From: a virus | Taxonomy: Duplodnaviria; Caudoviricetes | Strand: one strand, 5' to 3' | Virus record (IMG/VR): IMGVR_UViG_3300037467_000469 | Span: 1 to 38,821 of that record | DNA: 38,821 nt | Shown here: positions 1-8,855 of the stretch, piece after piece | Numbering within the stretch: the first letter of the stretch is position 1 | Layout of the letters: every line of letters starts with the position of its first letter | Translations under genes and position numbers: made by a program | The notes under the pieces: model-generated | The model's database searches: none | What the model was told of the DNA's origin: nothing | Seen by the model: only the letters and a program-made list of their open reading frames with translations

Positions 1-313
1 GGTTCCAATGAACGAAGTCGGACAGGCCGAAGTTGGATTTGGTACCAAGTACCGGACCCAACACGACTGGATTGTCCTTCACACCGTCAATGAAGCCGAC
101 AATCACCTGCTGGCCCTCTTCATAAGGACAGGTCAGACCGGAATTGACCACCAGCGCTGGGTTGGGTGCCGATCCATCCGCCGTGACGACTTCCACACGC
201 ATGGTCTTCAGGTAGTCGGCGGTCGATGTTACCCGGCACAGCTTCAGGTCACGGGCCATTGGACCAACCAGCGGTTGCGGGAACCGCAGACTGTTCTGTG
301 GGGTAAAGGTCAC
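1..313 (-). CDS. Baseplate central spike (gpV/gp5-like OB-fold), 3'-truncated by window edge
   Basis: Not in the ORF track. GTG at 313 overlaps the hub stop (GTGA). Manual translation MTFTPQNSLRF...CPYEEGQQVIVGFIDGVKDNPVVLG contains the P..G..V.VGF..G....P.VLG OB-fold motif and stays open to the window edge. Confidence 0.7.
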   Translation of the reverse strand, partial: MTFTPQNSLRFPQPLVGPMARDLKLCRVTSTADYLKTMRVEVVTADGSAPNPALVVNSGLTCPYEEGQQVIVGFIDGVKDNPVVLGPVLGTKSNFGLSDFVHWN

Positions 314-1665
314 AGGAGACGCCCCCTTGTCAGGGTCAGTGTAGTAGTAAACTCCCCCAGTACGGGGAAGGAGTGGGCAACCCCCTCGATGTAATAGGCA
401 CGCCCACGCCATGGCATGTCGATTCGTTGTCCGATGCGGTACTTACCGTTGCCCTTGACCTGTACGGTACCAGCTTCCAACTTCTCGTTTTCGCCAAACC
501 AGTCCTGCAGACGTTGTTGAAGCACCTGTGCATACTGGATGGCTTGCGTGACGGTGTCGCTGGTCGTCTCGAGCGCTCGGATGGGTACCTCCATAACACG
601 GGTGCCAAATTTTCGGCGGATCTCCTCAGACGACTTCAGCGGAGGCACAAGGTGCTTCCAGTCCTGATCAGTCGGGATCTTCAGCATCGGATTGACACTA
701 AAGACGTTGTAGTGCTCGTTCTTGCTAATACCCAGCGAGTAGCTTAGAACATCTGCCTGATCAAGGACATGCCCGGTCTGGCGCAGGGCCTCCCAAGCGG
801 GCTTATCAAAGGGGGTTGGGCGCAAGAAGACGCCCACGTTGGCGTCACCAAATGCGAACGTAGGGCCGCTTGCGTGCTCAATTGGCCCTGCCGCTGTGAC
901 GGTTTTGTCAAAGTCGTCTGCTCGCCGGACGTCAACGAAGAGTTCGTTGAAAGGGCGATTGACGATGCCGTCCATGAAGTTCCAGACCGGGCCTTCGAAG
1001 CTGAACAGACCGGGTGTGAATGGCAGAAGTTCCTTTGTGGACGCCAAAGCATACCGCAGAAGGTTGTCCAGCCCAACCCGTGTCGCTGAAGTACCGTTGT
1101 AGGCGGTGAACTCCAGCTTCATCAGCGTCTTGAAGAGTAAATCCTTGAGCGCCCACTCGATCAGGTAGGCGGGCGATCCCTGAGGCCCTTTTTGGCGGAT
1201 TAGTTCCTGCTCATTCTGCAGGATCGACTCCGGATCTGTTGGAAACCACTTCTGTGCCGCGTCAAGCAGGATCGACCCAAAATCGCGGCCCTGCACCTGC
1301 ACGGATGCGCCACTGCCGACGCTCATTGACTCATTTACGTTGTCGATGAGACCAACCATGACGGTCTCATCCCGCCCATCCAAACTGGTTGGATTGGCGG
1401 GGTCGTACCGTTGCGTGCGAATGACCACAAGATCGTTAGCTGACAGGCGATCTCGCCACGTCAGGCGATCCGGCCCCCGGCGCCCGGTCAGGCTGATGTT
1501 GAAGGTGCCTGCCGGGGCCGACAGGGGTTTGCTGATGCTGGCCTGCAGGATATCTTCCCGCAGAAGAGACTCCATGTCACCCGCCGCCACTCGGCTTGCC
1601 CGATAATGCTGGGTGGGCGTGTGGAACTCCACGATGAGCCGGGGTCGATAAACGCGTACTTCCAT
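310..1665 (-). CDS. Baseplate hub protein (T4 gp27/XkdQ-like)
   Basis: 451 aa directly after the tape measure; VQGRDFG motif and C-terminal G.VQVKGN..YRIGQ...YYIEGVAHSF....FTTTLTLTRG typical of hubs. Confidence 0.75.
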   Translation of the reverse strand: MEVRVYRPRLIVEFHTPTQHYRASRVAAGDMESLLREDILQASISKPLSAPAGTFNISLTGRRGPDRLTWRDRLSANDLVVIRTQRYDPANPTSLDGRDETVMVGLIDNVNESMSVGSGASVQVQGRDFGSILLDAAQKWFPTDPESILQNEQELIRQKGPQGSPAYLIEWALKDLLFKTLMKLEFTAYNGTSATRVGLDNLLRYALASTKELLPFTPGLFSFEGPVWNFMDGIVNRPFNELFVDVRRADDFDKTVTAAGPIEHASGPTFAFGDANVGVFLRPTPFDKPAWEALRQTGHVLDQADVLSYSLGISKNEHYNVFSVNPMLKIPTDQDWKHLVPPLKSSEEIRRKFGTRVMEVPIRALETTSDTVTQAIQYAQVLQQRLQDWFGENEKLEAGTVQVKGNGKYRIGQRIDMPWRGRAYYIEGVAHSFPVLGEFTTTLTLTRGRLL

Positions 1666-1680
1666 TTCCGGCTCATCTCC

Positions 1681-4600
1681 TTACCACTGCGTCATCTGAG
1701 GCTGGGCGTGCGGATTGCTGTAAGTCTCTTCGTACTTAGCTTCCTGCATAACTTGCTGGACGGTCTTGCGGAACTTCATTTCGAGCAGGTGCTCAGCCTG
1801 CGGGTCCAGATCCTTGCCGTTCACATTCACGTCGATGCGGGCGGTGCCGCTGATGGTTACGGAACGTTCCCCGGCCCGGTAGTCCTGCTGGGCCTTGTAG
1901 ATGGCGTTGGCTAGGGCCTCCTCGTCCACCGTCACCTTGCGTAGCTCGGGGACAGGTGGGCCTTCGATGCCCTGTTGCTGACTCATGTACGAGTCACGTT
2001 GCATCCGCTCAGTATCCCACGTCCAACCCTTGGGCAGGCCATTGGCGCCCCTACTGAAGGCGTCAGCCGGGTTGAAGAACAGCCCGTTGGGATTGCCACC
2101 CAGATTCGTCAGCAGGTTGCGCACACCCGTAGACCAATTCGGGTCTTCTGCATAGCGCTTGTTTACAAAGGTCAGGAAGTCCCCGTACTGGGACTGCTGG
2201 TCCTTGGTCATCTGCTCCCACTTGGACTGCTCTTCCTTGATCAGGTTCACAGCCAAGAGCAGGTCTTCCTGCCAGTTGGGATTGGGGCCATAGCCGCCGT
2301 CGCTCGCCGCCGACACGTTCAGGTACTTGCCCTGCGCATGGTAGTTCGTCAGTCGGGTTGGGGAAAGCGTGTTGAAGGATCCGGTGCCTTCCTGCTGAAG
2401 AATTGCCAGCAGAAGCTCAGGGTGGATGCCTGCTGACAGGGCTACTTTGTTCAGGTCATCCAGCTTTTGGGACGTAAACCCGAACGTTGTGGGGTCTTGC
2501 GACGTCCGGCTGTTGGTGATGAAACCCAGCCCGCCGTTGGCGGTTAGCGATGTGCCCCGCAGACGCTCTTGGTTCACGTAGAACTGGTTCTGCTGGATGC
2601 CTGCTGTGAAGTCACCCGGCGCCATCCATGCTTCCAGATTGCCTGCGATGATGTCGTCAAGGCCATTCTGGCGTAGGTAGGCCAGTGGATCATTGGTCCC
2701 AAAGAGGCTGTTTGAACCCCGCATGATGTTGTAGCGGGCCTGCTCGAGCATTGCCACTTGGAACCGCTTTAGTGCGTCCTTTTGGGGCTGTGAGTCTACA
2801 CCCTTGATGTCACCCGTAAACAGGTTCTGCATGGTGCTGATCTGCCCAAAAAGGCCCTGATCAGCGAAGCCGTCAGCCCCGCCGAATGCCCGCAGGGAAC
2901 CCACGTCATTCTGCAGGCTAAACCAGCCTTGGGCGCCCTTCTCCATGCGGATGCGCTCCGCGTTGGCGTCCATTTTACCCGCCACATACAGACCGCCTGC
3001 CGCCACCCCCAGCGGGGCTAAAATAGCGGCGCCCATGCCTAGGGCTGTTCCAACACCGCCTTCTGCAAGGGCGCCCGTCGCCCAGCCGCCCGCCGAACGC
3101 ACGCCCTGCCAAGCGGCCTGCCCGCCCGCAACACCCAACAGATTCGACAGCCATCCACCGCCGCCACCGGGGGCGCCGGGCATACCGGGTGCGCCGGGGG
3201 CGCCCGGCACACCGGGGGCACCGCCGCCACCCGGCCCGCCGACCTGTGAATTCCAGATGGCGGTGCCAGCAACCAACATGCCACCCGCAAGAACCGGATG
3301 CCCGATAGCCCAATCAGCCAGATCCTGCAGGCCCCGCTGAAGTTCTTTCAGCGTCGGCAGGAGCTTGTCGCCAACCTCCATCTGAAGTTCATCTGTACGG
3401 GCGTCCATCTGGTACAGTTGCCCGCCTTGGCTTGCGGCCCAGTTATCGACCTTAGAGTCAACCCGGCCTCCGTCCATGCCGATGGCGCCCTTGATGGCAT
3501 CCAGACTATTGAAATCGATGCCCATCATGGCCTTGGCTTGTTTGACCGTCAGACCGGGGAAGAAGCCGCGCAGGGCCAGAAGCATCTGGTCCTGATCACC
3601 GCCGTAGTTGGCTTGGATGTACTTCATGGCGTCCCGCAGGTTCTCCGGGCTGGCGCCGTCCTCTTGGCGGCTCTTGGCGTCGAAGTAGCTGATACCCTTG
3701 CCCCAGCCAAAGGCGGTCAGCAGGCCATTCTCCACTGCCGGGTTCGACGCTGAAGCGATTGACTGGTCCAGCATGCCAACGAACTGGGCGCCACGGGCAC
3801 CCCGGAAGCCCTCCAGCCCGGTCTGGTTAAATGCGGTCAGTACCGCCATAGCGCCTGTACTGTCCAAAGCGCCGGGGTTGCGCCCGCCCCACTTCTCCAT
3901 GATCTGGGACATGGACTCCATGGCTTCAACTGCGCGCCCCTGCATCTTCGAGCGGTCAATGTAGCTCGCCAACCGCTCCGCGAACTGGTTGATGTTGCTG
4001 GGGCCGTAGCCGAAGGCACCCAACTGGTACTGGCGTCCGAAGAATTGCGACGTCTCGCCGCCTTCAAGCCCATAGGCACGGGTGAACCGCTGGGCCGGGT
4101 TCAGCGTTTCGGCGTCAATGTAGCCCATGAGTGACTGCATGGTGTTCGCCATGCTCATGGACTCCAACCCCTTGAAGCCCAACTTGCCATAACCGGACTT
4201 GTAGAGGCTGTCTCTGAACGTGTTGAACTGCTCGGGCGTGTGCAGATTCTCGCGGATGCCCATGTCGGACGCCATTTTGTAGAGGTTGGCTGAGTTGTTT
4301 AGTCCGGTCTGAATCTGCTGGTAGGCACTGTAGGCACCCAGAAGGCCCAAGGCCTGCCCGCCATAGCGGCGCATCCAATCCGGCATCCACCCCGTCAGGG
4401 CCTGCCCAACTGTTTGCCGGGGGCCAGCCGGGGGCGCCTTCGGTTGCGCATCCGGACCTTCCTTGAAGCCGCCCAACTGAGACTGCTGGTGGGCCAGCAT
4501 CGCCTTGAGGCGGTCGATTTCCTTCTTGTACGCCGTCGCCAGATCATCGTTGGCGTTCATCTGTCCGGCTATGGCGTCGATCTGGACTTCTTTCTTCTGG

Positions 4601-4920
4601 ATCAAGATTTCCTGCCCACCAGCCTTGTGCAGGCGCTCGATCTCGTCTGTCAGGCGGTCAATCTGCGTCTGGAACTTGTTGGCGCGGCCCGTGGCGGCAT
4701 CGAAGAGGCGCCCTAGCTTGTCGATCTCCTTATTCAGGCCATCGACATGATACTTGGCTTCCCGCATGTCCTTGGGGTCGATGACGCCGCCCGACCGGAT
4801 GCCTTTCATGGACAACGAGTTTAGGCGACGTAGACCTCCCTCTACGTCGCCTACCATGCGCTTGAAGTCGCCTGTCTCGGTTTGTGCGTGAACCCGGATG
4901 CCTAGCTCCTTGATGCTCAT
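1681..4920 (-). CDS. Tape measure protein with C-terminal lysozyme-like (muralytic) domain
   Basis: 1079 aa, helical Ala/Gly-rich, follows the tail chaperones; hydrophobic segments; GIHPELLLAILQQEG...YAEDPNW resembles a lysozyme-fold catalytic region. Confidence 0.8.
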   Translation of the reverse strand: MSIKELGIRVHAQTETGDFKRMVGDVEGGLRRLNSLSMKGIRSGGVIDPKDMREAKYHVDGLNKEIDKLGRLFDAATGRANKFQTQIDRLTDEIERLHKAGGQEILIQKKEVQIDAIAGQMNANDDLATAYKKEIDRLKAMLAHQQSQLGGFKEGPDAQPKAPPAGPRQTVGQALTGWMPDWMRRYGGQALGLLGAYSAYQQIQTGLNNSANLYKMASDMGIRENLHTPEQFNTFRDSLYKSGYGKLGFKGLESMSMANTMQSLMGYIDAETLNPAQRFTRAYGLEGGETSQFFGRQYQLGAFGYGPSNINQFAERLASYIDRSKMQGRAVEAMESMSQIMEKWGGRNPGALDSTGAMAVLTAFNQTGLEGFRGARGAQFVGMLDQSIASASNPAVENGLLTAFGWGKGISYFDAKSRQEDGASPENLRDAMKYIQANYGGDQDQMLLALRGFFPGLTVKQAKAMMGIDFNSLDAIKGAIGMDGGRVDSKVDNWAASQGGQLYQMDARTDELQMEVGDKLLPTLKELQRGLQDLADWAIGHPVLAGGMLVAGTAIWNSQVGGPGGGGAPGVPGAPGAPGMPGAPGGGGGWLSNLLGVAGGQAAWQGVRSAGGWATGALAEGGVGTALGMGAAILAPLGVAAGGLYVAGKMDANAERIRMEKGAQGWFSLQNDVGSLRAFGGADGFADQGLFGQISTMQNLFTGDIKGVDSQPQKDALKRFQVAMLEQARYNIMRGSNSLFGTNDPLAYLRQNGLDDIIAGNLEAWMAPGDFTAGIQQNQFYVNQERLRGTSLTANGGLGFITNSRTSQDPTTFGFTSQKLDDLNKVALSAGIHPELLLAILQQEGTGSFNTLSPTRLTNYHAQGKYLNVSAASDGGYGPNPNWQEDLLLAVNLIKEEQSKWEQMTKDQQSQYGDFLTFVNKRYAEDPNWSTGVRNLLTNLGGNPNGLFFNPADAFSRGANGLPKGWTWDTERMQRDSYMSQQQGIEGPPVPELRKVTVDEEALANAIYKAQQDYRAGERSVTISGTARIDVNVNGKDLDPQAEHLLEMKFRKTVQQVMQEAKYEETYSNPHAQPQMTQW

Positions 4921-5330
4921 GGTTCGTCCCCCCCGTCATCTGGCGGCACATCTTCCCACTCAAGGGGCGCTGACGTACCGCGCTCAATCTGCGCCCGCAT
5001 CTGCTTCTGCAAAGCCGCCAGCCGTTCCTGTGCGGCCTCCACATCAGCATCAGTCGGGGCCGACTGCACAGGGGCTTCGTCTTCAGCTTCCGTTTCCACT
5101 GCGCTTTCAGCGGCCTCGTAATTCGGGTCGTGGTAGGCCTCTTCCTTCTTGACCAGATGGGGATTGGCGAGCTTCCACGATTCCCACTCGAGTTCAATCT
5201 GTAAGTCTGTCGTGGCTAAGAAGCGCTCATCAGTCGGCGGCAGGTTGTACTGCCTGCGGTACCAGTACCTCAGGCGCTCCCGTGGGAGCTTCGCCACTTC
5301 CGGTAGCAGGCTTCGCGCCTGCGCGTCGAA
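4917..5330 (-). CDS. Tail assembly chaperone, frameshifted (T) part
   Basis: Open frame with no convincing start of its own, entered by a +1 shift at TTT-CGA (5331-5326); YWYRRQYNLPPTDERFL motif typical of Twort/SPO1-like chaperones; stop overlaps the tape measure ATG. Confidence 0.7.
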   Translation of the reverse strand, partial: FDAQARSLLPEVAKLPRERLRYWYRRQYNLPPTDERFLATTDLQIELEWESWKLANPHLVKKEEAYHDPNYEAAESAVETEAEDEAPVQSAPTDADVEAAQERLAALQKQMRAQIERGTSAPLEWEDVPPDDGGDEP

Positions 5331-5703
5331 AGATGCGCTTCTGGATGTTGAAGAGGCGCCACAGGTGAACGATGGCGTCCGGATCCTCACTGTCCTGCGC
5401 CTGTGTAACCCAGTCGGGCGCTTCCCGCTTATTTACCAGCAGGTCGATGGTAACGATAGCCTCAGCTAGATCCTTGACGAAGTCCGGAATCAGCCCCGGA
5501 TCCACAGAACCTGCCGGAAGATCCTTCTGGAGGTACTTCGCCGTGTACACGCCGATGGTTATCATATCCATCGCAGTGGGTACCCGGAATCGTACCGTGT
5601 CCTTGTAGTGCGTTCCCGTAAGGCCTTCAAAGTCGATGTTCACCGGAATCGTCGCCTTGCCACCAGCCGCAACCCGGTCGCGCATCTCACGGACCTGATC
5701 CAT
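5230..5703 (-). CDS. Tail assembly chaperone (G part)
   Basis: ATG at 5703 after an AGGGAGGG RBS; 157 aa between tube and tape measure; ...KRIFRR at the slippery site. Confidence 0.75.
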   Translation of the reverse strand: MDQVREMRDRVAAGGKATIPVNIDFEGLTGTHYKDTVRFRVPTAMDMITIGVYTAKYLQKDLPAGSVDPGLIPDFVKDLAEAIVTIDLLVNKREAPDWVTQAQDSEDPDAIVHLWRLFNIQKRIFRRAGAKPATGSGEAPTGAPEVLVPQAVQPAAD

Positions 5704-5725
5704 GGTTAGACCCTCCCTTGATAGT

Positions 5726-5760
5726 AAAAAGGGGGCCGGGGCGCTTGACCCCGGCCCCCC
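5726..5760 (-). terminator. Rho-independent terminator after tail tube
   Basis: GGGGGCCGGGG stem, 7 nt loop, CCCCGGCCCCC followed by TTTTT on the minus strand. Confidence 0.8.
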
Positions 5761-5768
5761 TGTGGTGC

Positions 5769-6182
5769 TTACCGCGCCCGCAGGTAAACCCATGTAGCAT
5801 TCTCGCCTGCGATGGAACCGACCCGGAAGGACTCCGAATAGCTCTGCAGGGAGCACCCCTCATAGGTCCGGACGATCTCGCCTGTGATGTTGTCAGTCAC
5901 GACGATGTTGATCACGTCCCGCTTCAGGATCTCCTCGCCAAGGGCGCCCAGCCCCAACTTGTCCAAGCTCTTCTTCCGGACGTGGAACTTGTCCACCGTG
6001 ACCGACCCGTCATAGCGCAGGGCGATGTGCTCCTGCGGCATGATGGAACCGATCTCATAGACCGCTTCCTGTCCAAAAGAGCGCTGACCGTCAATCGACT
6101 GGATGCGGCCTACGTCCTGCCCGGCGACAAGGATCCGGACAGTTTGGCCTGCATGGACCGTCTGCTTATCAATCGAAGCCAT
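5769..6182 (-). CDS. Tail tube protein (Twort/SPO1-like)
   Basis: MAS..KQTVH.G.TV...GR.QS..GQR.FG...VYEIGSIMPQEH..LRY matches the phage K/A511-type tube as I recall it; follows the sheath. Confidence 0.9.
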   Translation of the reverse strand: MASIDKQTVHAGQTVRILVAGQDVGRIQSIDGQRSFGQEAVYEIGSIMPQEHIALRYDGSVTVDKFHVRKKSLDKLGLGALGEEILKRDVINIVVTDNITGEIVRTYEGCSLQSYSESFRVGSIAGENATWVYLRAR

Positions 6183-6202
6183 GGCGTGCTACCCCCCTTC
6201 GC

Positions 6203-7327
6203 TTAGATCTGGAACTTGGCGTTAATGAGGATCTGGTTGATGGGGTCAACCACATTGCCGAAGAACGTGACGTTCACGTTCTTGCCCGTCTGGCTGACAA
6301 TCGGATTGCTGTAGGCCGGGGAGATGACGTTGGTCCCGTCCGTGTCGTCTGCCAGCCAGCGACGCCGGGTCTTGGCGTCCTCCAGAATGCTGAGCACGTC
6401 AGCATAGATGGCGGCGTCCTTCCCCCCACGGGTACCCACGTAGTTCTTCTCCAGCAAGTGGCGGATCTCGACCGTCAGCGTGTCGATGACGGTCTCCGAA
6501 GAGAGTTCCGTGAGGGCGGTCGTCAGCGACTGGATCAGGTGGAACCCGCCGTCAGAAGCAGGCTCGAAGCAGATCACACCCGCCTGCAGAAGGGTGTCAA
6601 TGTCGGCAGAGGACAGTTCAGTGTCCAGCCCGATGGCATTGATCTTGTCGTAGGTAATCGGCTCCGCAGGGTCAGACCCGGCCCACAGACCCGCCACCAG
6701 TGCCGCTGTCAGGTAGCCCGGCAGGGTGACTACTGCCCCGTTGATGTAGCGCTTGACGCCGCCGTGGATGTAGCACACACGTGCCTCGAGTAGGGCAGTG
6801 GCGTTCGTCACACTGGTGGCAACCGTATCGCCCGCCTTGGACCCAACAAAGGCCCGGCGCTCCTTGCGCTGAGTCACGCCGGACGCCGCAGTCACGTGAG
6901 TCTTGACCAGCGCATGGATGGCGGGGTCGCCGCTGACCACAACAACGCCGTCCACGGTCTTGGTAGCCAGCTTGTCCAGTGCGGTCTGCCAATCAGCAGT
7001 CTGCACAGCCCCACTGACGCCCGTGCCAACCACTTCGCAGACGCCTACAACGTCAGCCGAAGGGCCATCTTGGCTATTCCGGGCCGACCAAGCCAACTGC
7101 ATGGCGGTCAGCGTATCGCCGATCTTCAAGTCACTAGCGGCGACGCTGGGGTCATTGTAGAACTTCAGGACGCCAGAACCCTTGCCCACAGCCGTGGTGT
7201 CAAGCGGGCCGACTACCATGATCACGCGGGTACTGCCGGGGTTGATGACCGTCTGCTGGTCCTTCGAAACCACCGAGAAGGCGCCCGGCCTGTAGATGGT
7301 AGCGCCGCCAAAGTTGGTCCCTGCCAT
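6203..7327 (-). CDS. Tail sheath protein (short form)
   Basis: N-terminal IYRPGAFS, RKERRAFVG, AALVAGL..G..PAEPITY, LLQAGV and C-terminal PINQILI motifs; directly upstream of the tube. Confidence 0.85.
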   Translation of the reverse strand: MAGTNFGGATIYRPGAFSVVSKDQQTVINPGSTRVIMVVGPLDTTAVGKGSGVLKFYNDPSVAASDLKIGDTLTAMQLAWSARNSQDGPSADVVGVCEVVGTGVSGAVQTADWQTALDKLATKTVDGVVVVSGDPAIHALVKTHVTAASGVTQRKERRAFVGSKAGDTVATSVTNATALLEARVCYIHGGVKRYINGAVVTLPGYLTAALVAGLWAGSDPAEPITYDKINAIGLDTELSSADIDTLLQAGVICFEPASDGGFHLIQSLTTALTELSSETVIDTLTVEIRHLLEKNYVGTRGGKDAAIYADVLSILEDAKTRRRWLADDTDGTNVISPAYSNPIVSQTGKNVNVTFFGNVVDPINQILINAKFQI

Positions 7328-7449
7328 TGGTAAATCCCTCCCAGATGCCTGTATTGCAATAGTAGTGGTGAATCATGGGAGGTTTGCTCCCTTCCCATTT
7401 CGTAACCTTCAGGGTTTTTCCCTTCTGGTTCTCAGGAGATTTTTACAGG

Positions 7450-8016
7450 TCAAGGGGTTGTGGTAACTCCGATTAACTCAATCGTACTGTCGGCGGTCAC
7501 CGTCTCCACAATGAGCGGGTTCCAGAAGCGCATAGACAGCGTGTACCAGTACATCGGTTCGGCAAAGCGTTCACTGTCAGCCTCATCCCGCCCGTTACCC
7601 AACTGGATGTTGACGAAGCCAAGTTCCGTCAGGTAGGGGATGGACGCAAACAGGATTCCGTCGATGATCGGCCCCAAACGGTCCCGTTCGTCGGCGTTGG
7701 TGTGCCACAGCCGAATTTCCAGCGTCTCTTCGAAGAAGGTTGACCGGGTGATCAACCACTTCTGATACGTCGGACTGGTGGGGTCGTCGTCGTAGCGGGA
7801 TTCTCCCGATTGGGTGATGGAGTCCCCCTGCATGGCTTTGTTGGCAATGTTGACGCCGATGCACGGAATGTCACCGCCCTGCCGGGGATCCGAACCAACC
7901 ACCTTGATCTTGTTGAGACCGTATTTGACGTCGATTCCGGAGCGCATTAGGTCGATAAGGACGGCTTTCGACTCGTTACTGGCAATGCTGATCTGCGTGA
8001 AATCGGGTTTCGGCAT
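7450..8016 (-). CDS. Tail completion/terminator protein (putative)
   Basis: 188 aa; position between neck genes and sheath; P.I.V motif and acidic character. Confidence 0.55.
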   Translation of the reverse strand: MPKPDFTQISIASNESKAVLIDLMRSGIDVKYGLNKIKVVGSDPRQGGDIPCIGVNIANKAMQGDSITQSGESRYDDDPTSPTYQKWLITRSTFFEETLEIRLWHTNADERDRLGPIIDGILFASIPYLTELGFVNIQLGNGRDEADSERFAEPMYWYTLSMRFWNPLIVETVTADSTIELIGVTTTP

Positions 8017-8019
8017 CGG

Positions 8020-8853
8020 CTACACCCCCAAGGCGTCCATGATGTCCAGTTGGAAGCCAACCCGGATTAGGCTGACAACCTTCTCGTTCGTGTTCGCCTT
8101 GACGGCTTCCGTGACAGGCCGGGGCGGTACACCGGGAAATTGCCACGAGTTTGGGTCGGACTTTACCGACATGCGCCGGAACGTCAGGTACGTTGTCTGA
8201 CCTGCGCCATTCATCTTGACCATGCCGGAAAACTGCCCAGTCTTCCACGTATAGGCAAACTTTTTGGCGTTCTCGCCCGGCCCCTGCGTGAGCTTAGTTC
8301 GCTGGCCTGTTGGATCGGCACCAAGACGCCCACCCCACTGGTAGCTGAAGCCACCATCAACCCGGCGCCCTGTGATGGTCGATTCGGCTAGACCCTTGGC
8401 CTGTTCGTAAACACGATCAGGCATGTTTGTCATCGTGGCGGCGCCCGGCGTACCGTGCCGGAACGGTATCGTGATGAACTGTTTGCCGCTCTTCTTCAAG
8501 GCGTCCTTCATGTCAAAGGGTCGAATGCCGTTCTCCACGAGACGTCCATGCCATGACGTAGAGATGACCTCGCCCATCAAAGGGTTACCCAACGCCGGGT
8601 ATGACAGGCCGTTCTGCACGGATCGGACATACTCGCCGCTGACGGAGTGGACTTGAAACGTGCCGCCAGACCAAACCACTTGCACACCCTGCAGGTAGCT
8701 CACCCACGTTGCCTGTATGAACTCCGTGGCTGTGCGCACTGCTTGGGCGACGTTGGTACCTTGCCGGGCCTGCCCCATGGCGTCGATGTTGCGCATGATC
8801 TGCCGCATTGACGCCTGTGCGTCTCGTACATCCACGTCTAAGTTCAGGACCAT
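8020..8853 (-). CDS. Neck/tail-completion protein
   Basis: Likely start ATG 8853 just after the upstream stop; VENGIRPFDMK...FITIPFRHGTPG...YLTFRR.S.KSDPNSW..PG motifs as in Twort-like neck genes. Confidence 0.6.
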   Translation of the reverse strand: MVLNLDVDVRDAQASMRQIMRNIDAMGQARQGTNVAQAVRTATEFIQATWVSYLQGVQVVWSGGTFQVHSVSGEYVRSVQNGLSYPALGNPLMGEVISTSWHGRLVENGIRPFDMKDALKKSGKQFITIPFRHGTPGAATMTNMPDRVYEQAKGLAESTITGRRVDGGFSYQWGGRLGADPTGQRTKLTQGPGENAKKFAYTWKTGQFSGMVKMNGAGQTTYLTFRRMSVKSDPNSWQFPGVPPRPVTEAVKANTNEKVVSLIRVGFQLDIMDALGV

Positions 8854-8855
8854 GA

